Positions 29,347-39,979 of a stretch of DNA of 64,000 nucleotides are shown here, piece after piece. Location of the stretch: NCBI GenBank assembly GCA_965140585.1, contig OZ223270.1:480001-544000 (forward strand), read 5' to 3'. Source of the DNA: Spirochaetia bacterium. GTDB lineage: Bacteria; Spirochaetota; Spirochaetia; UBA9216. The notes beneath the pieces were generated by a model, which did no database searches, was not told where the DNA came from, and worked only from the letters and a program-made list of their open reading frames with translations. Position 1 is the stretch's first letter. Each line of letters begins with the position of its first letter. Position numbers and translations under genes: made by a program.

Positions 29347-30696
29347 ATGAAAAAATTAATTAAAGACCCTGTATATCCGGAATTATTGAAAATTGCTGGA
29401 CCCATTGCTCTTCATAATCTGGTTATAAATTCTCTAAGCTTTATAGATACTTTTATGATTGGAAGGCTTGGTGAAACAGAGATTGCCGCAGTAGGCATTG
29501 GAAACCAGCTGTTTTTTCTTTATTCGCTTGTTCTTTTTGGAATAGGAAGCGGCTGTGGAGTTTTTGTATCTCAGTACTGGGGAAAAAAGGATTTTAACGG
29601 AATAAGAAGATCTGCCGGTCTTGGTGTTGTCTTCGGTTTAACAGCGGCATTGCCCTTTCTATTTCTATCGCTATTAATCCCAGTTCAGATTACTTCGATA
29701 TTTTCTACAGATATCAGTGTTATCACTCCGGGTGCGGAATATCTTAAGATTGTCTCTTTAAGTTATATTTTTTCTTCTGTAAGTATTATTTTTGCACAGG
29801 TTCAGCGAAGTATTGAAAAGCCTGCTGTTCCTCTGCTTGTTTCACTCTGTGCCCTGGGAATCAACACAATTCTCAACTATCTTTTCATTTTCGGAAAGGC
29901 CGGTTTTCCAGCATGGGAAGTAAAGGGTGTTGCAATTGCAACTGTTATTTCCAGATTTATTGAATGCCTTCTTATGATATCGATTGTGTTTTTTAACAGG
30001 AAAAACCCGCTTAACGGAAAGCTGAAGGATTTTATAAGTTTTCCGGAAGGGTTTTTTCCAAGATTTATAAGGACAACTGCGCCTGTAATAATTAATGAAT
30101 TATTCTGGTCGCTTGGAATGACTGTTTATAAGGCAGTTTACGGACGTCTGGGTACAGATTCTCTGGCTTCAGTGAATATTACAGAGGCTATAATGAATCT
30201 GATGTTTGTTGCGCTTATAGGCTCAGGCTTCGGAACGGCGGTAATAACCGGAAAAAAAATCGGTGAGCAGAAATATGATGAGGCCAGAAGAAACGGGGCA
30301 AAATTTGTAAAACTCGCCTTTATTGAAGGCCTTATCATGGCTGCGGTTACTCTTTTGCTTTGCAGGAAACTGCCTTCAGCCTTTAATGTTTCTCAGCATG
30401 TAAAAGACAATGCTTCAATTTTAATTATTATATATGCCGCCCTTCTTCCTTTTAAATCATTTAATATTCATACAATTGTCGGTGTTTTCAGGGGTGGTGG
30501 AGATACCCTGTTTGCAGCAGGTGCTGAAATATCCGGCGTATGGGCTGTAGGTGTGGTTCTTGCGTTAATTACAGGACTGTGGCTTCGTATGCCGGTATAT
30601 TTCGTATTTGCTTTTGTGAATTGTGAAGAAATATATAAATTCCTGGTTGGGGTATGGAGAATGACTTCGGGTAAATGGCTGCATGATGTAACATGA
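29347..30696 (+). CDS. MATE-family efflux transporter
   Basis: IDTFMIGRLGETEIAAVG, SQYWG, NYLFIFG, RGGGDT; about 12 TMs. Confidence 0.92.
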   Translation: MKKLIKDPVYPELLKIAGPIALHNLVINSLSFIDTFMIGRLGETEIAAVGIGNQLFFLYSLVLFGIGSGCGVFVSQYWGKKDFNGIRRSAGLGVVFGLTAALPFLFLSLLIPVQITSIFSTDISVITPGAEYLKIVSLSYIFSSVSIIFAQVQRSIEKPAVPLLVSLCALGINTILNYLFIFGKAGFPAWEVKGVAIATVISRFIECLLMISIVFFNRKNPLNGKLKDFISFPEGFFPRFIRTTAPVIINELFWSLGMTVYKAVYGRLGTDSLASVNITEAIMNLMFVALIGSGFGTAVITGKKIGEQKYDEARRNGAKFVKLAFIEGLIMAAVTLLLCRKLPSAFNVSQHVKDNASILIIIYAALLPFKSFNIHTIVGVFRGGGDTLFAAGAEISGVWAVGVVLALITGLWLRMPVYFVFAFVNCEEIYKFLVGVWRMTSGKWLHDVT

Positions 30697-30748
30697 TCTT
30701 GTGTTACAAGCCATAAAAGCATTAAGATACTTCTGATAAGGAGAAATT

Positions 30749-31462
30749 ATGTTAGTGCCTATCCTCAATTCCGATGAATCTTATGAATTAAATCCGCCGA
30801 AAATAGTAGCCCTGGGTCTTAATTATGATGAGCATATTAAAGAAAGCCTGTCTTTGAAAGCCAGGGGTCTCACTCCGGAAAGACCTTCTGAACCGGTAAT
30901 CTTTCCCAAGGCTACATCTGCAATCATCGGAAATGGTGAAAATATTGTATTACCCTCTTTTCTCGGCGGTTACAGTTTTGAATCAGAAACCAGAACTGAT
31001 TATGAGGCAGAACTGGCCTTTATTATCAAAAAAGACTGCCGGAATATCCGAAGAGAGGATGCTGCAGATTATATTTACGGGTTTACATGTCTTAATGATA
31101 TAAGCCAGCGTAATCTTCAGACAGGTGATAAATCCGGATGGTTCAGAGGCAAATCGCTTGATACTTTCTGTCCTGTGGGTCCTGTAATAGTTCGTCCGGA
31201 AGATCTTTCAGATCCTCAGAATCTGAATATAGAGTGCCGGCTCAACGGGAAGATTGTGCAGAAAGGCAATACTTCTATGATGATTTTCGGTATTTATGAG
31301 ATAATTGAGATTCTATCCTCCTGGTTTACTCTGAAAAAGGGAGATCTTATATCAACGGGTACCCCATCGGGTATTGGCCCTCTTTCTGCCGGAGATATAG
31401 TTGAGGTGGAAATTGAAGGAATAGGTATTCTTAAAAATCAGGTAATCGAAGAAGCTAAATAA
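30749..31462 (+). CDS. Fumarylacetoacetate hydrolase family protein
   Basis: GLNYDEH, DYEAELA, NDISQR, GKSLDTFCPVGP, GDLISTGTPSG. Confidence 0.93.
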   Translation: MLVPILNSDESYELNPPKIVALGLNYDEHIKESLSLKARGLTPERPSEPVIFPKATSAIIGNGENIVLPSFLGGYSFESETRTDYEAELAFIIKKDCRNIRREDAADYIYGFTCLNDISQRNLQTGDKSGWFRGKSLDTFCPVGPVIVRPEDLSDPQNLNIECRLNGKIVQKGNTSMMIFGIYEIIEILSSWFTLKKGDLISTGTPSGIGPLSAGDIVEVEIEGIGILKNQVIEEAK

Positions 31463-31480
31463 GTACAGGAGTCAACCAGC

Positions 31481-32734
31481 ATGAGTTTTTCAAAATTTGG
31501 TGAAAGATTTATTTCGGGTACCGGGATAAAAGATTTAATTGATGATCTTGGAAAATATGCCGGGCTGGAGGGTTCCTGTATGCTTGGCGGCGGAAATCCT
31601 GCAATTATTCCGGATGTCAGCAGTATCTGGAGAGATCGTATAAAAGAAATTGCCGCAGACCCTGAAAATCTGGACAGGATGCTCGGCCTGTATGATACTT
31701 CTATTGGAAAGATAGTATTCTTTGAGAAACTTGCTGAAATGCTTAATGCCGAATACGGCTGGCCTGTTACGGCTGAAAATATTGCTGTGGTAAACGGCAG
31801 TCAGACTTCATGCTTTCTTCTTTTTAACATGATTGCAGGAAGTAATACAGCAGGTGGGAAAAACCGCCTTCTTCTTCCTCTTATGCCGGAATATATCGGC
31901 TATGCTGATCAGTGTATCGATCCGGATTCTTTTGTATCATGCAGACCTGAGATAAACGAGAGTGGTAACCGGGAATTTAAATATTCAGTAAACTTTGACT
32001 GTCTTGATTACAGGGAAGTTAATGCAATTGTATCATCAAGACCTACTAACCCGACGGGTAATGTACTTACAGACTCAGAGGTTCAGCGATTAAGTGATAT
32101 CGCAGAGGAAATGGAAATACCTCTGATTCTTGATAATGCATACGGACTGCCCTTTCCGGGAATAATTTTTGAAGATGTTAAACCTTTCTGGAACAATAAT
32201 GTGATTTTAAGCATGAGTCTCTCCAAGATAGGTCTTCCCGCAACCCGAACCGGTATTATTATTGCAGATCGGAAGTATATTGAGGCAATTTCTGCAATGA
32301 GTGCTGTAGCAAGCCTTGCTCCGGGTGGAATAGGTCAGGAGATTGTATTGCCGATGCTTGAAGACCGATCAATTCTTAAGATCAGCCGCGATATAGTTAT
32401 GCCTTTCTACCGTAATAAATCTGAAAAAACTATAGACTTTATTAAGGAAATATTCGGTTCCCGTTTTGATTTTTCCATACATAAAAGCGAGGGTGCAATC
32501 TTTCTGTGGATATGGTTCAGGAATCTCAAAGGCTCGTCTGTCGAACTTTACAACCGTCTTAAAAAACGCGGAGTAATTATTGTACCGGGAGAATATTTTT
32601 TCTTCGGGCTGCCGAAAGAAGATTCAGGATGGGCACACCGCAGACAGTGTATCAGGATTAATTATTCTCAGAATGAGATTGAAGTTAAACGGGGGCTGGA
32701 GATAATAGCTGAAGAGGCTGAAAAACTCTGCTGA
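31481..32734 (+). CDS. avtA: Valine-pyruvate transaminase
   Basis: MLGGGNPA, NGSQ, PEYIGY, SRPTNPTGN, DNAYG, SLSK (PLP Lys). Confidence 0.9.
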   Translation: MSFSKFGERFISGTGIKDLIDDLGKYAGLEGSCMLGGGNPAIIPDVSSIWRDRIKEIAADPENLDRMLGLYDTSIGKIVFFEKLAEMLNAEYGWPVTAENIAVVNGSQTSCFLLFNMIAGSNTAGGKNRLLLPLMPEYIGYADQCIDPDSFVSCRPEINESGNREFKYSVNFDCLDYREVNAIVSSRPTNPTGNVLTDSEVQRLSDIAEEMEIPLILDNAYGLPFPGIIFEDVKPFWNNNVILSMSLSKIGLPATRTGIIIADRKYIEAISAMSAVASLAPGGIGQEIVLPMLEDRSILKISRDIVMPFYRNKSEKTIDFIKEIFGSRFDFSIHKSEGAIFLWIWFRNLKGSSVELYNRLKKRGVIIVPGEYFFFGLPKEDSGWAHRRQCIRINYSQNEIEVKRGLEIIAEEAEKLC

Positions 32735-32754
32735 TTATCTGACGAGGAGATAAT

Positions 32755-35028
32755 ATGAAAAAATTCGGTACATTTAAAGGTGTTTTTGTTCCTTCAACCG
32801 AAGCAATTCTTGGAACAGTGCTTTTTCTGCTGATGCCGATGCTGACTGCAGATGTCGGTTTGTTTATGATGCTGGCAATAGTTTTTATTGCACATACTGT
32901 TACTCTTGCAACTTCGTCTTCTCTGTCGGATTGTGCCACAAACCTTAATAAAATATCAGGCGGCGGCATGTATGCGCTTTCAAAGCAGTCTCTTGGAAAC
33001 GCTATGGGCGGTTCAATCGGTGTTATGCTTTATCTGGCCCAGGCTGCATCCATAGGGTTTTACTGTATAGGTTTTTCAGAACCTCTGCAGCCGATTCTTG
33101 CTCCTTTGCTTGCGAAAGTGATTCCAATATTTGCGCAGATTGATCCGGCATCGGTTCTTATTCAGAAACAGATTCTTGCCACAGTATTTATGCTTATCTT
33201 CTTTGTTATTGTTATGATAGGTGCTGATTTTACCCTGAAACTTCAGATTCTTATACTCTTTGTACTTTTTATCAGTGTTTTGACAATCTTCGCAGGGCCT
33301 CTTTTGAATATTGAATACAGCAGTACGGCGGTTTTTACTCCGGGTCTGAATTTAAGCGGGAACCGCACGATTACTATGGCTGTTTTCTTTTTTACCTTTA
33401 CCCAGTTTTTTCCTGCTGTCACCGGAATAAGTACCGGAATAGGAATGAGCGGAGATTTAAAAGATCCCCGAAAAAGTATTGTCAAGGGAACCTTCAGTTC
33501 TATATTTATCACGATGGCGGTATACCTGGGTGCAGTATTTATTTATTCTGCCATAGATAAGAATATTCTTCTGACAGGTTACCAGGAAGGCAGTCCGGTC
33601 GGTGTTATTCTTACTGAACTCTTCGGCCTGGGTAAGCCTTTTCCTGCAAATCTTCCCGGTCTCATGATTTTAATGGGTATTCTTTTTGCAACATGTTCAT
33701 CGGCGCTGAGCGTATTTATGACCGGACCGCGCACACTGCAGTTTCTGGCTAAAGACGGAATTCTGCCGGAAAAACTGATGTTTCTTAAAAATGATTTTAA
33801 GAAGGGCGGCACGGAACCCAGATACGCAATAATCGTTTCTTTCTTTATCGGCTTTGCTATAATCTGGATGGGAAGTATAAATTTTGCGTCGCTGGTTGTC
33901 GGTATTCTATTTTTAGTAGTTTATGGCTGGGTTAACGGGGCAGCCTTTCTTGAGCGCGTAAGTAAGAACCCGGCATTCAGGCCAACATTCAAAGGACACT
34001 GGCTTATTTCACTTTACGGTTTTGCCGCCTGTATTGCTGCAATCTGCCTTTTTAACTGGAAGGTCGGGTTGATAATATTTGTGAGTCAGTACATCATGTT
34101 TCGTCTGATTCTAAAATACAAGTCAAACGGACAGCTGGAAGGTGTCTGGTGGGGTTTTGTTTTCTCAATGATAACCCGTAACCTTTCAAGGCTTCAGAAG
34201 ATTGTACAGGGAACAATGAACTGGAGACCGGTACTTACAGCATTTGCCTTTCCTGAATATCCTGAAGACTGCAGCGCTGTTGTACAGCTTTCTGAGCAGA
34301 TTGCAGCCTATCAGGGGCTGGTTTCCTGCAATTTGCTTTCCCTGAACAGTAAGGATAACAGTGAAGGCAGCGGATTCTGTATTGATACTAATGTGCCTCT
34401 TGCGAATATAAGATCAGCCAATATGACTGAATCAATAATCACTATGCTGCAGGGCAGTAATGTAACCGGTATCAACAATAATACAGTACTTCTTGCGTAC
34501 AACAGCCGGATTAACAACGTAAGTATAATCAAGGCCGTGCTTGATGCCGGGCAGAATATGCTGCTTTACAAGAGCGGTCAGAAACAGGCCGGTACACAGA
34601 GGCTTGATATATGGTGGCGCGGAGAACGCAATGGTAACCTGATGGTTCTGCTTGCTTATATTGTAAACAGGCACCTGAAAGACAACAGGCTTGCGCCCTA
34701 CTCTATAAGAATTATCAGAAGGCTTGAAAAGGCTCAGCTTGAGGCTGAAGCAAGGGATGAAATTGATAATCTTCTGACTCTATCCAGGCTGGAGGGTGAG
34801 ACCGTTATTCTTCCGTGGTCAGACAGGAATTTCATGGATATTCTTACAGAAACTTCACGAGGAGCGTCACTTGTAATGCTTGGACTTCCGGGTAACTATG
34901 AGAGCAGACGTAGCAGTGTTTTCAGGCTTAATGAGCTGTTTTTCGACAGGGAAATCAACAGCTACAAAGATATGCCGCCGATTTTATTTGTGAAGAGCCA
35001 CCATGCAATGAATTTAATTGAGTCTTAA
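32755..35028 (+). CDS. Prokaryotic cation-chloride cotransporter (SLC12-like, APC superfamily)
   Basis: FGTFKGVFVP, GGGMY, FFPAVTG...G.GMSGDLKDP.KSI.KGT, NWRP, LDIWW in the cytoplasmic domain. Confidence 0.85.
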   Translation: MKKFGTFKGVFVPSTEAILGTVLFLLMPMLTADVGLFMMLAIVFIAHTVTLATSSSLSDCATNLNKISGGGMYALSKQSLGNAMGGSIGVMLYLAQAASIGFYCIGFSEPLQPILAPLLAKVIPIFAQIDPASVLIQKQILATVFMLIFFVIVMIGADFTLKLQILILFVLFISVLTIFAGPLLNIEYSSTAVFTPGLNLSGNRTITMAVFFFTFTQFFPAVTGISTGIGMSGDLKDPRKSIVKGTFSSIFITMAVYLGAVFIYSAIDKNILLTGYQEGSPVGVILTELFGLGKPFPANLPGLMILMGILFATCSSALSVFMTGPRTLQFLAKDGILPEKLMFLKNDFKKGGTEPRYAIIVSFFIGFAIIWMGSINFASLVVGILFLVVYGWVNGAAFLERVSKNPAFRPTFKGHWLISLYGFAACIAAICLFNWKVGLIIFVSQYIMFRLILKYKSNGQLEGVWWGFVFSMITRNLSRLQKIVQGTMNWRPVLTAFAFPEYPEDCSAVVQLSEQIAAYQGLVSCNLLSLNSKDNSEGSGFCIDTNVPLANIRSANMTESIITMLQGSNVTGINNNTVLLAYNSRINNVSIIKAVLDAGQNMLLYKSGQKQAGTQRLDIWWRGERNGNLMVLLAYIVNRHLKDNRLAPYSIRIIRRLEKAQLEAEARDEIDNLLTLSRLEGETVILPWSDRNFMDILTETSRGASLVMLGLPGNYESRRSSVFRLNELFFDREINSYKDMPPILFVKSHHAMNLIES

Positions 35029-36044
35029 TCATATTCTCTGTTCTGGAAGTATTCTTCCAGACAGAGCCCGTTTTCATATATTTCGGTTGCGATGGTTTTT
35101 CCGATAAAACGAAGGTGCCAGGGTTCATAGGTATATCCTGTTATCTCCTGCTTGTCTTCAGGGTAGCGGATGATAAAACCGAAGCTGTGAGCGTTTTCCT
35201 GAACCCAGATGCCAGGATCCGTATTTCCGAAACTCTGCTCCAGCTGGTAATTCATTTCGGGGCAGCTGATATCCATTGCAAGCCCGCTCTGATGTTCGCT
35301 TGTTCCGGGTTTTGCGCTGATTGTATCGGCATATTCTTTTCCATATGTACGAACATTTGCCTCATACAGACCTACTTGAGTACGATATGCCCTGTAGCCT
35401 GAGCGGGCATACAAGTCATATCCGCTTAGTTTTGCAGCGTCAAAGAGATCTGCTAGAGCCTCGGCGGCTTCTTTTCTAAGGTGATTAACTTCTTCAAAGC
35501 TAAGGATTGTGGGCACTGATACCCTGACCAGATCGGCAGGAATATAATCTCCGGGCAGTCTTCTATTTTTATTAACCAGAGTATCAAGCGCCTCCGCATC
35601 GGTGACAATGCCTTCTGCATCGATATAGTTTTCCGGGTCTTTTTTGATGTAGAAAAATGCGGAAGCCTGGTATTCACCAGCTGTAACGGTAAGCTCTGCA
35701 GTACTTCCGGACATTACGGAGTCTGCCGCTACTATTTCAATTATATATTCTGACTGGTCAGAATCTGTTTCATAACTTTTTATAGTCAGTAAATTTCCCG
35801 CTGAAAATGATCGGTGATCGACAACCTCCGATTTTACTTGAAAACTGAGACTCAGATCTTCAAGTGTAGTAAACTCTGAGCTTCTTTCACCGTTTTTTAC
35901 AGGATAAAGAGAAAGTTCTGCAGTTTCTCCGGGTCTTAGTGTAATATTACCTTTAGAAAACTCCAATGAATCAGGAGACTGAGCACTGCATGAAATAATT
36001 ATTAAAACGGATAATATAAAAACCAATAATCTGTTAAGTCCCAT
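35025..36044 (-). CDS. Lipoprotein D-Ala-D-Ala carboxypeptidase (M15B, VanY/LdcB-like)
   Basis: Lipobox IIS-C; SGYR, PGTSEHQSGLAMD, YEPWH. Confidence 0.9.
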   Translation of the reverse strand: MGLNRLLVFILSVLIIISCSAQSPDSLEFSKGNITLRPGETAELSLYPVKNGERSSEFTTLEDLSLSFQVKSEVVDHRSFSAGNLLTIKSYETDSDQSEYIIEIVAADSVMSGSTAELTVTAGEYQASAFFYIKKDPENYIDAEGIVTDAEALDTLVNKNRRLPGDYIPADLVRVSVPTILSFEEVNHLRKEAAEALADLFDAAKLSGYDLYARSGYRAYRTQVGLYEANVRTYGKEYADTISAKPGTSEHQSGLAMDISCPEMNYQLEQSFGNTDPGIWVQENAHSFGFIIRYPEDKQEITGYTYEPWHLRFIGKTIATEIYENGLCLEEYFQNREYD

Positions 36045-36084
36045 ACCTAGGACTTAACAGGAAATATCAAAAAAATCAAGACAA

Positions 36085-37377
36085 CTAAAGCAGCAGAAAC
36101 AGTCTTGATAGAATTAATGCTGCTGCCAGTACAACTAAAACAGGTTTTATCAGCCCCGAGAGTGATTTTGCGAGTCCGGTTTTAAAGTATTCATTAGAGA
36201 CGATAAGACATACGTGAACCGGGGACATCAGCTGTCCGGCATGCCCGAAGGTATATGCCAGCACCGTTGTTGAGGCTACAAGTGCAAAATCAGGGTTTGT
36301 TCCTATGAGGCTCATTACAATCGGAAATGCGGCACCGACAGTTCCTATTGCTATACCGGTAGAAACTCCGCATAGAAAGGGAATTATCATGATAAGAATA
36401 AATGATGATATACCCGCATGTGAGAGCTCGTCGCTCATTACAGACATAAGGAGTCTGCCGTCGGGAAGGTTTCCCTCTATAAAGGCTCCGTAGATTCTTA
36501 TCAGTGCTACAAGCACTACCATGTTAACTAGGCTTTTTGACAGCAGAATCTTTTTCCATGATGCCGGAGGAATGGGCTTTTTTATCTGCAGATATACTAT
36601 AGCAGCAAGGATTCCGAGGCTTATCGGCAGATAGCGGGAAATATCTGTCATTCCCGGAAAAATGATGCTCAACCCTGCATAGAAGATAACAATTATGATA
36701 ATGGGCATCAGCAGTATGATAATACTTTCTTTTCTTGAATGAAGGTCAGAGTTAGTTTTTTCTGCCTGTGCGGGGCGTCTGCGCATCAGAAAAAACCATG
36801 CACCGCTTACCGAGAAAAGAGTGACTGGAAACATAATCAGCATGAACTGCCATACTTCAAGGCCGGAAATATCAATTGCCAGTAGAACTCCAGGATACAG
36901 TGGCCACCAGTATTCCCAGACATGTCTGAACCAGTAATTAATTCTGGTTTTCTGAAAACCCTGATAATCACTGTTAGTGTCACAGCTGTCTACCAGCGGT
37001 GCAGAAAAAACGGCTCCGCCGGGCATCGGCAGCAGTCCTATAACGGCCGGCAGAATAGCCATTGAGGCTTCTCTTGAGAATCGGGCTGAGATTCCGGTAG
37101 AGAGGTCTGCCATTGCTCCTGATTCTTTCATCTGTGATGATAGAACCAAAATAATTATAACTACAAAAAGCAGAAACAGGTTGTTTATATCGGTAAATCG
37201 ATCCAAAGAAATCCAAAGTGCTGTAATCGGGCTATGACCGCAGAGAAAGGCCAGAATTACTGTTCCGGCCAGAACTGCAGGAATCTGGCGGGATAACAAT
37301 CTGTTGATAACAATTATTGCTATCAGAGATATAAGAATTTTTATTAAAACAGGAATAGACAACAATAATTGATACAC
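36085..37377 (-). CDS. DUF401-family membrane protein
   Basis: GLLPMPGGAVFSAP, NYWFRHVWEYWWPLYPG, SPVHVCL. Confidence 0.85.
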   Translation of the reverse strand: MYQLLLSIPVLIKILISLIAIIVINRLLSRQIPAVLAGTVILAFLCGHSPITALWISLDRFTDINNLFLLFVVIIILVLSSQMKESGAMADLSTGISARFSREASMAILPAVIGLLPMPGGAVFSAPLVDSCDTNSDYQGFQKTRINYWFRHVWEYWWPLYPGVLLAIDISGLEVWQFMLIMFPVTLFSVSGAWFFLMRRRPAQAEKTNSDLHSRKESIIILLMPIIIIVIFYAGLSIIFPGMTDISRYLPISLGILAAIVYLQIKKPIPPASWKKILLSKSLVNMVVLVALIRIYGAFIEGNLPDGRLLMSVMSDELSHAGISSFILIMIIPFLCGVSTGIAIGTVGAAFPIVMSLIGTNPDFALVASTTVLAYTFGHAGQLMSPVHVCLIVSNEYFKTGLAKSLSGLIKPVLVVLAAALILSRLFLLL

Positions 37378-37515
37378 AAATTTCTCCGGGATATTTTAAT
37401 TTACCTCATATTATCAGCAGTCGCTGTTTTCATCAATTATCGCTGTTGTTAGTGTTGACTAATATACTTACTATTGGTATTTTTGAACTGAACCAGACAA
37501 AATAGAAGGAATGAA

Positions 37516-37770
37516 ATGACGCCTGAAGATATGGATGTGAATACTGCAATTCCTCTTGATAAACTGAAACCGGGAAAAACCGCGCTGGTTGAGCGTATTA
37601 CAGGCGGCAGACATCTGAGGCAGAAGCTGGTGAATCTTGGAATGCTCCCCGGTTCAGAAGTCAGTATCGTACGTTCAAACAGACTTGGTCCGATGGTTCT
37701 GAATGTGCAGGGTTCACAGATCATGCTTGGTGCAGGGATGGCATCAAAGATATATGTCCGGGAAAACTGA
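37516..37770 (+). CDS. feoA: Ferrous iron transport protein A
   Basis: L..LKPG, KLVNLGMLPGSEV, GPM; precedes feoB. Confidence 0.93.
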   Translation: MTPEDMDVNTAIPLDKLKPGKTALVERITGGRHLRQKLVNLGMLPGSEVSIVRSNRLGPMVLNVQGSQIMLGAGMASKIYVREN

Positions 37771-39910
37771 ATATACAATTGCCTTTGTAGGAAACCCAAA
37801 CAGCGGGAAAAGTACTCTTTTTAATGCTCTTACCGGAGCTCGTCAGCAGATTGGAAACTGGCCCGGTGTAACCGTTGAAAGAGTTGAAGGAAGTTACCTT
37901 TTTAACGATATAAAATACAGCCTGATTGACCTCCCCGGTATCTATTCCCTTACTCCGAATACCGAGGACGAAAGAGTTTCAAGAGACTATATTCTTGAAA
38001 ATGATGCTGATCTGGTTGTAAATGTTGTCGATTCCTCCAATCTTGCAAGAAATCTCTATTTGACAGCACAGCTTATAGAAATGAAAGTTCCGGTTATTGT
38101 TGTTCTTAACATGATGGATCTTGCCAGGGCCAATGGATACAGTATCGATATTGAGCATCTGAGTGCTCACCTGAAATGCCCGGTTTTCGCTATGAGCGCA
38201 GTTGAACAGGCTGATGTTAGAAAGCTTCGGGAAAATTTGCTTTTTTATATCGAAAATAAAACAGTTTCTGATGCTGTAATCAAATATCCGAATGAAATTG
38301 AAGATCAGATAAAAAACTGGTCGGAAAAAATTGAAAACTCCGGTGTGAAATTCAGGCTTGATTTAAGATGGATGCTTCTCAGGGTAATTGAAGAGGATCA
38401 CTGGATTACTGAAAAAATTACTAGAACCTCAATACTTGAAAAAGAAGAAATTGTTGCCGGAATAGAAAAGATTAAAACAATTCTTAATGAAGCTCCGGAT
38501 ATGGTTATAGCCGATTATGTCTACGGAGCTGTAAACGGTGTATGCCGTGAAGTGCTTCAAAAGGTTAAAACTGCAAAACCGGTTAGCGATAGAATTGATT
38601 CTGTGGTCATGCATCCGTTTCTGGGTGTGCCTGTTTTTCTTCTGGTAATGCTGCTGGTCTTTTTTGTTACTATTGAAATAGGGAATATTTTTGTCGACTG
38701 GTTTGATCAGCTTGCCGGTATTGTTTTTGTAGATGGTTTCGGATCTTTAATTTCGATGACAGGTGCTCCTGGCTGGGTGAGGTATCTGCTTGCAGATGGC
38801 GTAGGCTCGGGAATTCAGACAGTTATTTCCTTTATTCCCTTCGTATTTTTTATGTTTCTTATGCTTTCATTGCTTGAAGACTCGGGTTACATGGCACGGG
38901 CGGCTTTTGTTATGGATAAGTTCATGGGTAAACTTGGACTTCCGGGAAAGGCCTTTGTGCCGATGATTGTTGGCTTCGGCTGTACTGTCCCTGCAATATT
39001 GGCAACAAGGACACTAGATAACAAAAGAGACCGTATGATTACGGTTTTCATGGTACCGATGATGTCCTGCGGCGCAAAACTGCCGGTATATGCACTTTTT
39101 GCTGCTGCTTTTTTTCCGCACAGTACGGGATTTATCGTTTTCTCGCTTTATCTGGCCGGTATTCTTGTTGCAATTCTTTCAGGTCTTCTGATTAAATTTA
39201 CACTGTTCAGCGGAGAGCCGTCACATCTGATTATGGAACTTCCCCGCTACCATGTACCGAGAGCCAGACATATACTCCTTCATACCTGGACCAGAGTGAA
39301 GGATTTTATAAAGAGGGCAGGTAAGGTTATTATTGTTGCTGTATTCCTCCTTTCAGTACTTTCCTCAATCACTATCAATGGAAAATTTGAGCCGCACAAC
39401 ACCGGAGATTCAGTTCTTTCGTCTGTCGGCAAGGTTCTAACCCCGGTATTTACTCCGATGGGAGTCTCTGAGGACAACTGGCCGGCTACTGTTGGTCTGT
39501 TTACCGGAATCCTTGCCAAGGAATCAATTGTCGGAACGCTGAGTGCTCTCTACAGTCAGACTGAATCGACTGAAGCTCATGAAAGCGGGTTTGCTGTATT
39601 AAGAAGCCGCTTTTCTTCCGCTGCAGCTTATGCTTATCTTTTATTTGTACTTCTGTATATGCCCTGCATTGCAGCCGTAAGTGCGGCTATGAAGGAAATA
39701 AGTGTTAAGTTCGGGCTTCTGCAGGCTTTTTACCTGACTATCGTTGCCTGGATATTTTCAACTCTTTTCTTTCAGATTGCTGAAGGACATAATCCGGTAT
39801 TAATAATCATTCCTCTTTTAATCGTAATTCTTATCACTGCAGCTTTTAAGACGGCGGGAAACTACTTCCGCAGGCAGGATCGTTTGTATAAGGATCCTGT
39901 TGACGGTTGA
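37754..39910 (+). CDS. feoB: Ferrous iron transport protein B
   Basis: GNPNSGKS, GNWPGVTVE, DLPGIYSL, LEDSGYMAR, GFGCTVPA; ATG 37754 overlaps feoA. Confidence 0.97.
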   Translation: MSGKTEYTIAFVGNPNSGKSTLFNALTGARQQIGNWPGVTVERVEGSYLFNDIKYSLIDLPGIYSLTPNTEDERVSRDYILENDADLVVNVVDSSNLARNLYLTAQLIEMKVPVIVVLNMMDLARANGYSIDIEHLSAHLKCPVFAMSAVEQADVRKLRENLLFYIENKTVSDAVIKYPNEIEDQIKNWSEKIENSGVKFRLDLRWMLLRVIEEDHWITEKITRTSILEKEEIVAGIEKIKTILNEAPDMVIADYVYGAVNGVCREVLQKVKTAKPVSDRIDSVVMHPFLGVPVFLLVMLLVFFVTIEIGNIFVDWFDQLAGIVFVDGFGSLISMTGAPGWVRYLLADGVGSGIQTVISFIPFVFFMFLMLSLLEDSGYMARAAFVMDKFMGKLGLPGKAFVPMIVGFGCTVPAILATRTLDNKRDRMITVFMVPMMSCGAKLPVYALFAAAFFPHSTGFIVFSLYLAGILVAILSGLLIKFTLFSGEPSHLIMELPRYHVPRARHILLHTWTRVKDFIKRAGKVIIVAVFLLSVLSSITINGKFEPHNTGDSVLSSVGKVLTPVFTPMGVSEDNWPATVGLFTGILAKESIVGTLSALYSQTESTEAHESGFAVLRSRFSSAAAYAYLLFVLLYMPCIAAVSAAMKEISVKFGLLQAFYLTIVAWIFSTLFFQIAEGHNPVLIIIPLLIVILITAAFKTAGNYFRRQDRLYKDPVDG

Positions 39911-39979
39911 CAAAGCACTACTGCAGGCAGACAATTTAATAATACAGGTATATAATATTCCTACCACAGGGAGGACAAA

